Part shown: piece by piece, positions 9,784 through 21,229 of the stretch
Layout of the letters: each line of letters opens with the position of its first letter
How positions within the stretch are numbered: the first letter of the stretch is position 1
NCBI GenBank assembly: GCA_963724325.1
Contig: CAVRUH010000001.1
Location: forward strand, 160,001-224,000
Reading direction: 5' to 3'
Origin: Waddliaceae bacterium
Lineage (GTDB): Bacteria; Chlamydiota; Chlamydiia; Chlamydiales; Waddliaceae
DNA: 64,000 nt
Notes under the pieces: generated by a model
What the model was told of the DNA's origin: nothing
The model's database searches: none
Seen by the model: the letters and a program-made list of their open reading frames with translations, nothing else
Translations under genes and position numbers: made by a program

Positions 9784-10689
9784 ATGAGCAGCATAGGAGC
9801 TACAAGTGCAGCTGCGCCAATTGTTGGATTTTCATTGCCTGTCAGGGGAGCTTTTTTGGTGGCACAGAAGGCGCACGGGATATGGAGTTGGTGTCGAAAA
9901 GGACAAATTTATACGAATCTCGATAATGCTTTGAGCTTAATTGGAGGGCATGGGCTTAATCTTATAGCAGGAAATATAGGTGTCATACGCATCACAGCTG
10001 TGTTCTTACAAACGGCGGCACGCATAGAAGCTATCGTTCTGCAAATCAAAGAGCTATCTGAATCTGCCCAAAGGTTAAAAAGCGCTTTCCGAAATGAATT
10101 TTTACCCCCAGTAAAATATAAATGGATTACAGAGTCAAAAATTTCTGCCACTTTGATTTCACAGGCTAGATATAAGTTAGTAAAACTGGGATCTAGAATT
10201 AAAACTATATTCCTTAGCATACTTCATCTGATTAAAAATGCGGCAATTTTACTCATGCGCATTATGGATGCCATGGACACATTAAATTTTAAGAAAGAGA
10301 CAGTAGATGAAGCTGTTAATCAATTTTTTGTCAATGGATCCACTCTTATCGATGGAATATCTTCCTGCGTCCCTGAATTAAAAAGGATAATTTCCGGAAA
10401 TAAGCCCATTATCCACAAAGTCTTAGATGCTTTGAAGTCGAAGACAAAAACTAAGGACTTAATAGAAAAAATTAATATGGTTTTGGACGAAGTTGTTGAG
10501 ATGAATGAGAATCTAAATCCTCCAAAAGATTCAATATTAAAAGATGTCAGGAATACCGTTATTGCAGGCCTCGGTTCGATTTTTGGTTTTTATAAATATC
10601 TTCCCAAAGAATATCGGCCGGAGGATAGCCGCTTAGACAAATATTTTGAGCCTGCTCCTCGACATGTAATTGTCGCTGTAAAATGCTAG
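9784..10689 (+). CDS. Hypothetical protein
   Basis: 301-aa ORF with GGAG RBS; no recognisable motif. Confidence 0.75.
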   Translation: MSSIGATSAAAPIVGFSLPVRGAFLVAQKAHGIWSWCRKGQIYTNLDNALSLIGGHGLNLIAGNIGVIRITAVFLQTAARIEAIVLQIKELSESAQRLKSAFRNEFLPPVKYKWITESKISATLISQARYKLVKLGSRIKTIFLSILHLIKNAAILLMRIMDAMDTLNFKKETVDEAVNQFFVNGSTLIDGISSCVPELKRIISGNKPIIHKVLDALKSKTKTKDLIEKINMVLDEVVEMNENLNPPKDSILKDVRNTVIAGLGSIFGFYKYLPKEYRPEDSRLDKYFEPAPRHVIVAVKC

Positions 10690-10725
10690 AATTGTTATAC
10701 TATATCTAAAAATAAGGTTTACCAG

Positions 10726-13341
10726 ATGATAACAACAGACATTCGCAGGCAATTTTTAAAATATTTCAAAGAACGTGGACATACAATTGTTCCGTCGTCG
10801 GCGGTAGTCCCTCACGATGACCCCACGCTGCTATTCACTAATGCTGGGATGAATCAATTCAAGGATGTTTTTCTTGGAAAAAGCATACGAGACTATAACC
10901 GAGCAGTCACCAGTCAAAAATGCATCCGCGTGGGTGGAAAGCACAACGACTTGGAAAATGTGGGTCACACAAGACGCCACCTCACCTTTTTTGAGATGCT
11001 GGGAAATTTCTCATTTGGAGATTATTTCAAAAAAGAGGCCATACAGTTTGCTTGGGAAGTATCTACAGAAGTTTTTGGACTTGATCCAGAGCGCATATTC
11101 CCCACTGTTTTCCGCGAAGATGACGAAGCTTTCGAATATTGGACAAAGTACATGCCTGCAGAGCGCATCACCCGCCTGGACGAGAAAACCAACTTTTGGG
11201 CTATGGGAGACACCGGTCCATGCGGTCCATGCTCTGAATTATTATATGATAGAGGTCCAAAATTCGGCCCTGCCCGTACTCCTAAAGAAGATGTCACGGA
11301 AGAACGTTTTCTGGAATTTTGGAATCTGGTTTTCATGCAATTCAATAAGGATGAAGCCGGAGTAATGAATCCCTTGCCAAAGCCCTCCATTGATACAGGG
11401 GCCGGCTTGGAACGAGTGGTTGACCTCAAGATGGACGCAAATAGTGTGTATGATACTGACGTATTGCGGAGCTTGATTGCCAGGGTGGAAGAGATTACGG
11501 GAATTACTTATCACAATGATGATGTACGGGCGCCGGCTTTTCGTGTGATTGCTGATCACCTCCGTTGTTTGGCCTTTGCGATTGCTGATGGTGTTCAACC
11601 AAGCAATACAGATCGGGGATATGTTTTGCGTAAGGTTCTCCGGCGTGCAGTTCGCTATGGAAGACAGTTGAATATGGATAAGCCATTTCTTGCTGATGTG
11701 ATGCCTCGACTGATAGATACCATGGGACACGATTATCCTGAGATAAAGGCAAGCGAAAATAGAATCCAAGAGATTTTAACCGCCGAGGAAGAAGCTTTTA
11801 TCCGAACACTGCATCGCGGCGGGAATATATTGAATCAAATTATGGATCATGCACGAGCTCACGGCAAAACTATCAGCGGAGACGATGCTTTCAAGCTTAA
11901 GGACACCTATGGATTTCCTTTGGAGGAAATTTTGCTATTGGCTATAGATGCAGACCTCAAGGTTGATACAGAAAAGTTCCAAAAATTGGAGCAAGAAGCC
12001 AAAGAAAGATCTCGAAAAGTACACAAAACGACTTCACAGGTTGCGGAAGAGAGTCTTTTTGCAAAATTTGTGGAAGAAAAAGGGCCTACGGTTTTTCTGG
12101 GATATGACGAAACTAACGACAATGGCCAGATTATTGGAATCGTCATCGACAATAAATTTGTGACTGAGATGAAGAATGGGGAAGAAGGGATGATTATCTT
12201 GGATCGAACTCCATTCTATGCAGAAAAAGGGGGGCAAATTGGAGACCATGGTGTTTTGGAATCTTCTACAAGCCATTTTATAGTCGCTGATTGTCAATCA
12301 CCGTACAAAGGATTGACTGTTCACATAGGGAAATTGGAAAAGGGAGATGTAAAGATTGGCGACACCTTGACGGCAAACGTCGATGCTCCACGTCGCCAAA
12401 AGATTGCCAACAACCACACAGCAACTCACCTGCTTCACTGGGCACTTTTTAGGGTCTTAGGAGAACATGTCAAGCAGGCAGGATCGGTTGTGGACGAGCA
12501 CAGACTCCGCTTTGACTTCAGTCATCACAAAGCTTTGACGGCTGATGAAATCCGCAGGATTGAAGATTTGGTCAATGACAAGATTCGTGAAAACAAGAAT
12601 GTAAAATGGTATGAGCTTTCCTATGAAGATGTACAGAAACGCAGCGACATCAAACAATTCTTCGGAGAAAAATACGATGCCAAAGTTCGAGTGATTGATA
12701 TCGATTATTCAAAAGAGCTTTGCGGGGGGACGCACACCTCAAAAACTGGAAATATTGGCCTCTTCCGCATCTCCAAAGAGGGAAGTATTGCTGCAGGAGT
12801 GAGACGTATTGAAGCGGTCACGGGTGCTGACGCAGAAGCCTTATATCGCAAAACCGATGCGCTAATCGAAACCCTTGCTGAAAAACTCAAGACAGATTCT
12901 CCGAAACTTGAACAGCGGATAGATAAGCTCATCGAAGAAAATAAGGAACTCATTCTCGAACTCAAAGCTGCCAAGAAGGGACAGCTTGGCGAAATGATTA
13001 ATGGCCTTGTCAAAAAGGTAGAAATCATCAATGGAATTCCACTTCTTGCTGCTATTGTTGAGTTGACACCGGAAGAAATGCGCACAAGCGCCGATGAAAT
13101 CCTTTCCAAAATGCATTCAGGAGCGCTTGTTCTTGGGGCAATCACTGAGGACAAATGCAATCTTTTGGTCCGCATAAGCGATGACCTCATTGGAAAAGGG
13201 ATAAAAGCCAATGAGATTATTAAAACTTTGGCACCGATTGTAGGCGGTGGCGGAGGTGGAAAGGCCGATAGCGCTCAAGCAGGAGGAAAAAACCCAGAAA
13301 ATCTGCCCGCAGCTATAGCAAAGGCAAGAGAGCTGTTTTGA
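10726..13341 (+). CDS. alaS: Alanine--tRNA ligase
   Basis: [52 protein letters not shown]. Confidence 0.98.
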   Translation: MITTDIRRQFLKYFKERGHTIVPSSAVVPHDDPTLLFTNAGMNQFKDVFLGKSIRDYNRAVTSQKCIRVGGKHNDLENVGHTRRHLTFFEMLGNFSFGDYFKKEAIQFAWEVSTEVFGLDPERIFPTVFREDDEAFEYWTKYMPAERITRLDEKTNFWAMGDTGPCGPCSELLYDRGPKFGPARTPKEDVTEERFLEFWNLVFMQFNKDEAGVMNPLPKPSIDTGAGLERVVDLKMDANSVYDTDVLRSLIARVEEITGITYHNDDVRAPAFRVIADHLRCLAFAIADGVQPSNTDRGYVLRKVLRRAVRYGRQLNMDKPFLADVMPRLIDTMGHDYPEIKASENRIQEILTAEEEAFIRTLHRGGNILNQIMDHARAHGKTISGDDAFKLKDTYGFPLEEILLLAIDADLKVDTEKFQKLEQEAKERSRKVHKTTSQVAEESLFAKFVEEKGPTVFLGYDETNDNGQIIGIVIDNKFVTEMKNGEEGMIILDRTPFYAEKGGQIGDHGVLESSTSHFIVADCQSPYKGLTVHIGKLEKGDVKIGDTLTANVDAPRRQKIANNHTATHLLHWALFRVLGEHVKQAGSVVDEHRLRFDFSHHKALTADEIRRIEDLVNDKIRENKNVKWYELSYEDVQKRSDIKQFFGEKYDAKVRVIDIDYSKELCGGTHTSKTGNIGLFRISKEGSIAAGVRRIEAVTGADAEALYRKTDALIETLAEKLKTDSPKLEQRIDKLIEENKELILELKAAKKGQLGEMINGLVKKVEIINGIPLLAAIVELTPEEMRTSADEILSKMHSGALVLGAITEDKCNLLVRISDDLIGKGIKANEIIKTLAPIVGGGGGGKADSAQAGGKNPENLPAAIAKARELF

Positions 13342-13345
13342 TATT

Positions 13346-16300
13346 GTGATTGATAAATTTTTAAATTCTGAAAGGATTCTAGAGCTCCATCAGGCCTTCC
13401 AAAAACAGGATTCGGTCCTGATTGAGGAGCTCTGGAATTCTCCCAAAGCACTCGTTGCGGCGCTGGCTCAACAGGCAACTGGAAAGCATGTTCTGATTTT
13501 GACAGGCGCCAGTGTGGAGGAGACAAAACTTTACCACGATTTTGCTCTATTTACCGAAAGATCGGTTGTCGACTATCCTGCTTGGGAAACTCTTCCTTCC
13601 GAAAATATTGCACCAAGCCCTGATATTGTAGGTGAAAGGTATCGAATCCTGAATCGAATCACTTCCAGTAAAGAGCCGCATATTATCATCAGCAGCCTCA
13701 GTGCATGCCTTCAAAAGATCATTTCGCCCAAAAAATTTGATTCCCTATACATGGACATTAAGGTAGGTGATAATGAATCCTATGAATTTCTTATTGAACG
13801 GCTGATCGAAAGCGGATATCAGCGATGCCCAGTAGCTTCCGACAAGGGAGAATTTGCTGTCCGAGGAGGCATCATCGACGTCTTCCCTGTGTCTTCTCCA
13901 GATCCCTTCCGGATCGAATTCTGGGGAGATCAGATTGAATCCTTGCGAATCTATGATCCCATCGGTCAAAAAACGGTTGAAGCTGTGAAACAGATTCAAA
14001 TTACTCCTGCTTTGGAGATGGAATTTTTAGGTGCTGAAAAAAATTTAAGCACCATTTTTGATTATTTGGGATCAAACACCATTGTAATTTTTGATGATCT
14101 TCTTTCTTTGGAGGATCGTTATGCATCATTAGTGAACCTTAGCGAAAAACCAAGCAGTTTTTTCTCGAGTATTGAGACCTTTCTTGATCAGGTCACCCCT
14201 TTGCAAAAGATATTCTGGGCTCAACAACCGCTCGAAGAACTTACGGAGGTCAGGGTCCACAACAAACGGAATATTAGCTATTACTCCACATCGGCGCCCA
14301 TGCACGAAATCTCATTCCAGATGTTTCTTCGACCTCTTCAAGCAATGCGATGGAGTAATCCGTTTATTCCCATTCCGCAATACATGCTCCCTGATAAACC
14401 CGATGATGAACAAATCACCGGGGATGAAATTCTCGCTTCCATCAGCAAATTGAATCGAGAGAGTTGCGAACTATATCTTTTGTCTAGTTCCGAGGCAGAA
14501 CAAACCAACCTCCGCAGAAGACTTTCTGATGCTGTTGTTCATCTTCCTGTGCGCACTCATTTCACTTTGGGATATCTTTCCAGTGGATTCGTTCTGCATG
14601 ATTTGAATCTTGTAATCCTTCCTATGACTGAGATCACGCACCGCTACAAAATACGAAGGCAAAAGCAGCGAAGCACATACCATACGGCCCCTTCGGAGGC
14701 TTTTGAGCTCACTCCAGGTGAAATTGTCGTGCATTTTCATAATGGCATTGGGAAATATCTTGGAATCGAAAAGAAGCCCAATAATCAAGGGATCGAAAGT
14801 GAATTCCTTCTAATCGAGTATGCCGAAAATGCCAAACTCTATGTCCCGATCAATCAGGCGCACCTCATCAGTAAATATATCGGAAGCAATGAATCGCTTC
14901 CCAAGATGCATGTCCTGGGAAACAACCGCTGGAAAAAGACCCGTGAAGCTACTGAAAAAGCCATTTTAGGATATGCTGCAGAACTTCTTCAAATTTATGC
15001 AAAGCGCGAAGTTATTGGGGGCAAAGTATATCCCGAAGATACCCCCGACATGGCCGCATTCGAAGACGAATTCCCTTTCAGTGAAACTGAAGATCAGCTT
15101 GAGGCCATCGCAGCCATAAAAAAAGATATGTCTTCCAGAAAGGCGATGGACAGACTCATTTGCGGCGATGTCGGTTACGGAAAAACTGAAGTAGCCATGC
15201 GTGCCGCCTTCAAAGCTGCCGCTGAAGGTGGAAAACAAGTCGCAGTTCTTGTGCCAACTACAGTGCTGGCAACACAACACTTTGAAAATTTTGTCGACAG
15301 AATGCGCAATTTCCCTGTCAATATCACTGTGCTCTCCAGATTCCGAACTTCCAAACAAATCAAAGAATCTCTCGAAGGTATTTCAGAAGGCAGCATTGAC
15401 ATTGCTATCGGAACACACCGCATCATCAGCGACGACGTAAAATTTAAAGACTTAGGGCTGGTCATCATAGATGAAGAACAACGCTTCGGCGTCAAAGCCA
15501 AAGAACACCTCAAAAAAATCAAAGAGGGGGTCGACAGCTTAACTCTTTCAGCTACTCCAATCCCCCGCACTTTATATATGTCTTTGATAGGCGCCCGAGA
15601 CCTTTCTATCATCAATACTCCGCCGCAGGACCGCCTCCCAATAAAAACTGTCATCACAGAACCGAGCGATGCCATCCTTAAAACGGCCCTGCATCGCGAG
15701 CTTTCCAGAGACGGACAGGCTTTTGTAATCCACAATAGGGTAGAAACTATTTTTGGGATGGCTGACCGGATTAAAAAAATTCTCCCAATGGCGCGAATCG
15801 GCGTTGCACATGGCCAGATGCATGCCGATGAGATCGATCAAGTCTTCCATGCCTTCAAAAGTGGAAATATCGATATTCTCGTGGCTACTTCTATCGTTGA
15901 AAACGGCATCGACATCCCAAACGCTAATACCATTTTGATCGACAGAGCCGATCAATTTGGACTGGCTGACCTCTACCAGCTTCGTGGCCGCGTAGGACGC
16001 TGGAATCGTCGCGCTTATGCCTATTTTCTCATTCCAAAGCATGCCGCTCTTTCTGAAATAACCAGAAAGCGATTAAATGCTCTGGCGGAATCGAGTGGAT
16101 ATGGAGGCGGAATGAGGCTTGCGATGAGAGATCTAGAGATCCGCGGTGCTGGAGACATCCTCGGCATCGAACAATCTGGACATCTTGCAGCTATTGGCTT
16201 CTACCTATACTTTAAACTCCTTAAAAGGACCATTAAATCCCTCGAAGGCAAGATTCCAAGCATTATAACCGAAACAAAGATGGAATTCCCGATGGATGCA

Positions 16301-16678
16301 CGCATTCCGGAGTCCTATGTGAATGAGGCTAGCCTGCGCATGGAAATCTATCAGCGTCTAGGCGAGGCAATTTCATGGGAAGAGGTCGATGAAATCCTGG
16401 CTGAACTCAAAGACCGCTACGGCGCGCCCCCTTTGCCTGTGCTATGGCTCATCCACATCACCCGCATCCGTGTCTTTGCCTCCGACCGCGGCTACACTCT
16501 AGTCAAACTAGAATCAGTTTCCCTCACAACAGAAAAGAAAAAAGGAACCGAATCAACCTACCGCAAATCCCTCATCGGCAAAATCAACTCACCCCAAGAT
16601 CTCGAAGACAAGATTCTTAATATCCTAAAAAATCACGAGCCGAGCGAACAGGAACAAGAAATTTCACCAAATTCTTAA
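13346..16678 (+). CDS. mfd: Transcription-repair coupling factor
   Basis: MDRLICGDVGYGKTEVA, DEEQRFGV, SATPIPRTL, QLRGRVGR, DLEIRGAG. Confidence 0.97.
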   Translation: MIDKFLNSERILELHQAFQKQDSVLIEELWNSPKALVAALAQQATGKHVLILTGASVEETKLYHDFALFTERSVVDYPAWETLPSENIAPSPDIVGERYRILNRITSSKEPHIIISSLSACLQKIISPKKFDSLYMDIKVGDNESYEFLIERLIESGYQRCPVASDKGEFAVRGGIIDVFPVSSPDPFRIEFWGDQIESLRIYDPIGQKTVEAVKQIQITPALEMEFLGAEKNLSTIFDYLGSNTIVIFDDLLSLEDRYASLVNLSEKPSSFFSSIETFLDQVTPLQKIFWAQQPLEELTEVRVHNKRNISYYSTSAPMHEISFQMFLRPLQAMRWSNPFIPIPQYMLPDKPDDEQITGDEILASISKLNRESCELYLLSSSEAEQTNLRRRLSDAVVHLPVRTHFTLGYLSSGFVLHDLNLVILPMTEITHRYKIRRQKQRSTYHTAPSEAFELTPGEIVVHFHNGIGKYLGIEKKPNNQGIESEFLLIEYAENAKLYVPINQAHLISKYIGSNESLPKMHVLGNNRWKKTREATEKAILGYAAELLQIYAKREVIGGKVYPEDTPDMAAFEDEFPFSETEDQLEAIAAIKKDMSSRKAMDRLICGDVGYGKTEVAMRAAFKAAAEGGKQVAVLVPTTVLATQHFENFVDRMRNFPVNITVLSRFRTSKQIKESLEGISEGSIDIAIGTHRIISDDVKFKDLGLVIIDEEQRFGVKAKEHLKKIKEGVDSLTLSATPIPRTLYMSLIGARDLSIINTPPQDRLPIKTVITEPSDAILKTALHRELSRDGQAFVIHNRVETIFGMADRIKKILPMARIGVAHGQMHADEIDQVFHAFKSGNIDILVATSIVENGIDIPNANTILIDRADQFGLADLYQLRGRVGRWNRRAYAYFLIPKHAALSEITRKRLNALAESSGYGGGMRLAMRDLEIRGAGDILGIEQSGHLAAIGFYLYFKLLKRTIKSLEGKIPSIITETKMEFPMDARIPESYVNEASLRMEIYQRLGEAISWEEVDEILAELKDRYGAPPLPVLWLIHITRIRVFASDRGYTLVKLESVSLTTEKKKGTESTYRKSLIGKINSPQDLEDKILNILKNHEPSEQEQEISPNS

Positions 16679-16708
16679 ATAATACCGGGATATAACAGAA
16701 TGTGCAGA

Positions 16709-16742
16709 CTCGGTGTTAATTTTTTTAAAGCTGATGCGCATG
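16709..16742. repeat. Degenerate end of MITE family B
   Basis: CTCGGTGTTAATTTTTTTAAAGCTGATGCGCATG resembles the reverse complement of 47435-47469; followed by C-like ATATGAAGGATG. Confidence 0.6.
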
Positions 16743-16818
16743 AAATATGAAGGATGTTTGCAATTTCTTCAGAAATATTAAATCCCGCCTTGAACTTTAT
16801 GTATTTGGCAATTATGTT

Positions 16819-17214
16819 ATGATTATGAATTTTGACCTTGATCATGAACATATCCTAAATGTTGCAAAAGAGAAAATATTAATGGCCTTTCCGGATGTTT
16901 TGGCTATCTATATTTTTGGATCATTTGGCACTAAATATGAAAAGAAAGATAGCGATTTGGATGTGGCCATATTACCAACAAAAGGCGTAGATACCATTGT
17001 ACTTTGGAATCTTGCACAGGAGATTGCCATTAAAATTAATAAGGATGTAGACCTGATAGATCTCACAAGCGCATCAACCGTATTTAGGCATCAAATAATT
17101 TCAAGCGGCACACGAATATATTGTCATGATGAAACACAATGCGCTTTTATTGAAAATTGTTTTACCTCAATGTACTTAAGATTTAAAGAGGACCGAGCCC
17201 TATGGATGAAGTAA
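16819..17214 (+). CDS. MNT nucleotidyltransferase antitoxin (MntA-like)
   Basis: YIFGSFG...DSDLDVAI, VDLIDL; overlaps the downstream HEPN gene. Confidence 0.88.
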   Translation: MIMNFDLDHEHILNVAKEKILMAFPDVLAIYIFGSFGTKYEKKDSDLDVAILPTKGVDTIVLWNLAQEIAIKINKDVDLIDLTSASTVFRHQIISSGTRIYCHDETQCAFIENCFTSMYLRFKEDRALWMK

Positions 17215-17618
17215 TAAGAAACAAAATCGCAATCATAAAAAGATGCCTCAAACGCATTCGCGAGGAATATCAAGGTCACGAAAGTGAATTCGAATCCAAT
17301 TATACAAAGCAAGATTCAATCATCTTGAATTTACAGAAAGCCTGTGAATCCTCCATAGATCTTGGAATGAGAATCGTTGCAATCAAAGACTTAGATGTAC
17401 CGCAAGCTAGTCGAGATGTGTTCATTTTGATTAAAAATGCCAATTTTATTCCATCCGAATTAAGCAATAATCTACAAGCAATGGTCGGTTTCAGAAATAT
17501 AGCCGTCCACGACTATCAAAAGGTCAATCTAGATATAGTAAAATCCATAATTGAAAAAAAATTAGTCAATTTTGATGACTTTATCAACATCATACAAGAG
17601 AAATTCAAAACCTCTTGA
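17202..17618 (+). CDS. HEPN ribonuclease toxin (HepT/DUF86-like)
   Basis: GFRNIAVHDY, an RX4HXY motif. Confidence 0.88.
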   Translation: MDEVIRNKIAIIKRCLKRIREEYQGHESEFESNYTKQDSIILNLQKACESSIDLGMRIVAIKDLDVPQASRDVFILIKNANFIPSELSNNLQAMVGFRNIAVHDYQKVNLDIVKSIIEKKLVNFDDFINIIQEKFKTS

Positions 17619-17643
17619 CTAATTGTAAAAGGAATACTATACT
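17615..17643 (+). promoter_or_regulatory. Sigma70-type promoter
   Basis: TTGACT-17-TATACT upstream of 17674. Confidence 0.6.
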
Positions 17644-17673
17644 AGTGGTCATTCTTACGGGTGCAATATAATT

Positions 17674-19155
17674 ATGAACGTTGAATTATTTTCTTCAAAA
17701 GATTTACTGTCTTATTTATTTCAACATGTGGATGATATCTGCACGTTAGGGAGATGCAGACGTCTTTGTAAGACAAGCAAGGAAATTATTGATAAAACTG
17801 ACTGGCTATGGAAAGTGGTCTATGAACGTTCTCATTCACTTGTCGATTTAAGGAATATGCAACCCGTAAGTTGGAAAACATTTTGCATTGAAAGGCATAT
17901 ACTTGTTTGCAATATTGCTACGCAAAATTATAAGGCATCAGAATCTCGAATAAACATTGATTATCTTGATGATAAATTTGTCACCAACAACAACAAAGTG
18001 TACAATTTTAAAAAAAATGTTCTATTTTGTTATGACTTTACGTCAAATACAGTTTTTGCACATTTCAAAGCGATCCCCTTAACTGCCTTTGGACTCGAAA
18101 ATTCCCTTAATGATTCGATAGATTTTTTTCCAAGATTTTTAAAACTACAATCTATAGATAACCAATTTTTTTTTCTTATTCTTGATAATGGAAGCACTCG
18201 CGAATTTCAATTATCGATCTGGGACGGATCAGCAATGAAATGCATTTTTGCCCGACATATATCTAATAAAGCCTTTTTTAATGTCAGTAGTTCTGGAGTG
18301 ATCTATAGCACTCCTGAAGGAAATTTAGAGTTCTGGGATTATCGTTCAAATACACAGTTCAAAAAATCTTTTCAGATTCCGATTCTACAACATGAACTTA
18401 ATCACTCCAGTTTGGTTGGCAATCTATTGTTTTCCATGTTTACTAATGGAGCTCTATATGCCATTGATATTGAAAATGATTCTGTCCTCTATACCATCAA
18501 AATTATGGATATTCCTCACTACTTTGAAACAACAGATAAATTTCTTATTTTCAGCTATCCTGAACGTATTCTAAACAATGCAGCGCTCATTTATAATATA
18601 ATGACGGGGGAAAAACTTTATAAAGTTGAGGCTGGTTTCTGGAATGTATGCTCTAAAAATACAAATCTACTTGCTGTACTTTGGCGGGATATGAAGTCTA
18701 TTTCCATTTGGGATCTAGAAGCTAAATTGGTCAATAAATCATTTTTTTTTGACTCGGGATTTTATTCTAGTATGTTCATAATAAAAAATACCGCTTTTTT
18801 AACTTGCGAAGCCCCAGCTCGTTTAATTATTCGAGATATTCAGTCCGGAGCAATATTGACAACATTCAATGGTCAAGTGTCTCTAATTTGCCAGCAAGGT
18901 GATATCTGCTATTTTCATTCAGTGGGAAAAAAAGCAATAATTTTTTGGGATCTAACACAATCCAAAGTGATTGGTGAGTTAAAAATCAATTACAATTATT
19001 TGGACTACGTTTACTTTGATGGAACTAGGCTCCTGCATGCAATTTGTGATGAAAATGATACTTACCGGTTTAGTATATATGATTTTAGCATTCCACCATC
19101 AAAACCACTGTACATACGTATTAAGAAGGCTTTTTTATACTATCTAGGTTATTGA
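17674..19155 (+). CDS. F-box-like plus beta-propeller (WD40-like) protein, candidate effector
   Basis: N-terminal DLLSYLF..V..I.TL.RC.RLCK...I......WK F-box pattern; repeated IWD/FWD/IYD strands. Confidence 0.7.
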   Translation: MNVELFSSKDLLSYLFQHVDDICTLGRCRRLCKTSKEIIDKTDWLWKVVYERSHSLVDLRNMQPVSWKTFCIERHILVCNIATQNYKASESRINIDYLDDKFVTNNNKVYNFKKNVLFCYDFTSNTVFAHFKAIPLTAFGLENSLNDSIDFFPRFLKLQSIDNQFFFLILDNGSTREFQLSIWDGSAMKCIFARHISNKAFFNVSSSGVIYSTPEGNLEFWDYRSNTQFKKSFQIPILQHELNHSSLVGNLLFSMFTNGALYAIDIENDSVLYTIKIMDIPHYFETTDKFLIFSYPERILNNAALIYNIMTGEKLYKVEAGFWNVCSKNTNLLAVLWRDMKSISIWDLEAKLVNKSFFFDSGFYSSMFIIKNTAFLTCEAPARLIIRDIQSGAILTTFNGQVSLICQQGDICYFHSVGKKAIIFWDLTQSKVIGELKINYNYLDYVYFDGTRLLHAICDENDTYRFSIYDFSIPPSKPLYIRIKKAFLYYLGY

Positions 19156-19169
19156 CATCGTATTCCCAA

Positions 19170-19198
19170 TTGACGGATTATGGAAAGAATGCTATAAT
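19170..19198 (+). promoter_or_regulatory. Sigma70-type promoter
   Basis: TTGACG-17-TATAAT with extended TG. Confidence 0.65.
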
Positions 19199-19210
19199 TC
19201 GGGTCATTTT

Positions 19211-20614
19211 TTGCGGGGAATTGTTTTGAGAAATTGCTATTCAGAAATATTGAATCCTCTCGCGATACAAGCATGTGAAAAAAAGCAATCCTATGCGTTC
19301 GTTACAGAGCGTCACATACAGGCAATTTGGTTCGAACAAAAGTACTTTAAAGATTTAAAAACATCGACTGGAGAGGCAATTCACGTGATTTCTCCGGGCA
19401 TCTGGAATCTCGAAGCGGGACCTGATTTCAAGAAAGCGCATATTTTTATTGGTGAAAAGGAACTCAAAGGTGATATCGAAATTCATCTATCCGAATCCGG
19501 CTGGGAGCAGCATCATCACCACAACGATCCTCGTTATAATGAGGTCATTCTTCATTTATCTTTATGGAAATCAAATACTCCTATATGCACACATGAAGGT
19601 CATTCTATTATTCGATGCGCCTTGGAACCATCTTTAACAATCTCATTGCAGCGGATTGTCAACTATATTGATCTCGATCTCTATCCTTATAAAAAATTTA
19701 TAGGATCTGGAAAGTGTGCTACGACCTTGTTTAACTCTGTTCCTAAGCAGAAAATTGAGAGTTTTTTTAAAAGTGCAGCAGATTGGAGGCTGATTCAGAA
19801 AAGGGATTTCTTGTCATCGAGGCAATCTAATCAATCTCTGGCATTTCTTGAGGGCATTGCTAGATGTTTGGGGTACAAAAATAATGCCGAGGCATTTTCG
19901 CAGCTATTTTCTCTTTTGCAGCCTATTGCTTATGAACCTTTCGAATATCTTTTAAGTGCGGCATTGCGTGCTACGGGATTTTTTGAATCTAAATTTCTAG
20001 AACGATGGGAAAAATCGATCTTATACAGCAGCCTGCAAGAATTTTCTTTCGATATGTTACCTATGATCAAATTGGAATTGAATCAGATCAGACCATTGAA
20101 TCATCCGATTCGTCGAATAGTGTATCTCATCAAGCTTCTAAAAGATCCTGAAGTTGGAAATTTATACGATCGATTAATGGAATGCTGGAATCGAAGAGAT
20201 TTGGACAACATAGCAGATGTTGTACCACAATATGCAGATCCCTATTGGAACTACCATTATTTTTTTGAGACTAATCCATTAAAGGAACCTATTTCCTTGA
20301 TTGGAAGCAATTTAAAGAGGGAAATGTTGATTAATGTTTTCTTGCCATTCCTCTTTCACGAAGTTAGTAAGAGGGAAATTCCTGCAGAAATTGAAGACTT
20401 TGCACAGTTTTATGCGTCATTTTCTCCGTTGAAATCTGGGAAAAGCAAATATCTAATCCATCGTTTTTTTGGGGACAATCCTAAAGGGACTGTATTGAAT
20501 CGTGCATATACAGAACAAGGTGCTTATCAGCTCCACAGGGATTTTTGTTTGAGGTACGAAGCGAGTTGCGATGGATGTCCTTTTGTGGAGAAATTTTTGG
20601 CCTCTTGGATATGA
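19211..20614 (+). CDS. DUF2851 family protein
   Basis: PG.WN.EAGPDF, GDIEIH, W..H.H..DP.Y..VILH, GY..N, C-terminal C...C..C. Confidence 0.85.
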   Translation: MRGIVLRNCYSEILNPLAIQACEKKQSYAFVTERHIQAIWFEQKYFKDLKTSTGEAIHVISPGIWNLEAGPDFKKAHIFIGEKELKGDIEIHLSESGWEQHHHHNDPRYNEVILHLSLWKSNTPICTHEGHSIIRCALEPSLTISLQRIVNYIDLDLYPYKKFIGSGKCATTLFNSVPKQKIESFFKSAADWRLIQKRDFLSSRQSNQSLAFLEGIARCLGYKNNAEAFSQLFSLLQPIAYEPFEYLLSAALRATGFFESKFLERWEKSILYSSLQEFSFDMLPMIKLELNQIRPLNHPIRRIVYLIKLLKDPEVGNLYDRLMECWNRRDLDNIADVVPQYADPYWNYHYFFETNPLKEPISLIGSNLKREMLINVFLPFLFHEVSKREIPAEIEDFAQFYASFSPLKSGKSKYLIHRFFGDNPKGTVLNRAYTEQGAYQLHRDFCLRYEASCDGCPFVEKFLASWI

Positions 20615-20777
20615 TAGCTGCTGCCCCACCCATTGAGTTCATGCATTTCACAACCAATGATTCCTTTGCCGGATTCAACCTGTTGTTGTTTTAGCTGGGT
20701 ATCTTGCGGATAATCTTTATAATTTTTCGGATACATGTTATCTTCCTTTTACATTATACTAATATATTACCCCTTTT

Positions 20778-21224
20778 TTGAAAATGAATGATGATGCAAT
20801 AGTTTTGAGATCGACAATTAGGCCCGAGCTGATGCGCCGCACGTTATTTCGAGGCTCGCTGATTGCTGGTATTGGAATTATTTTTTTGGTTCTCGCGGGA
20901 ATCTTTCTTCCGGTGGGACTTTTGTCATTATGGGGCATTCCCATCTATTTATTTTCGTTAGGTCTGGTGACATGGGGTCTATTGCCCTATCGCAAATTGA
21001 CACGACTTGAAAAAAAACCGGAAAAAATTTGTATTTCTAATGATGGCCTTCTGACTTATCAAAACATGATTATCCCGCTTTTGTCGATAAAATCTTGTGA
21101 ATACATTGATGATGAAAATAGATATGGAATAAAAATAACCCTGAAAGGGGATCTTAAAGGCCAATTTTTTCCTTACTTCAGCGAAAGAAGCTTCAACACC
21201 ATCAGGGATTTAATAACTATTTAA
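20778..21224 (+). CDS. Hypothetical membrane protein
   Basis: Two N-terminal hydrophobic segments. Confidence 0.7.
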   Translation: MKMNDDAIVLRSTIRPELMRRTLFRGSLIAGIGIIFLVLAGIFLPVGLLSLWGIPIYLFSLGLVTWGLLPYRKLTRLEKKPEKICISNDGLLTYQNMIIPLLSIKSCEYIDDENRYGIKITLKGDLKGQFFPYFSERSFNTIRDLITI

Positions 21225-21229
21225 CCCTT

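Noticed and set aside
20527..20736. 69-aa minus-strand ORF with a good RBS (AAGGAAG)
   Set aside because: It overlaps the DUF2851 3' end by 88 nt and has no recognisable motif; it may be a remnant but cannot be supported.
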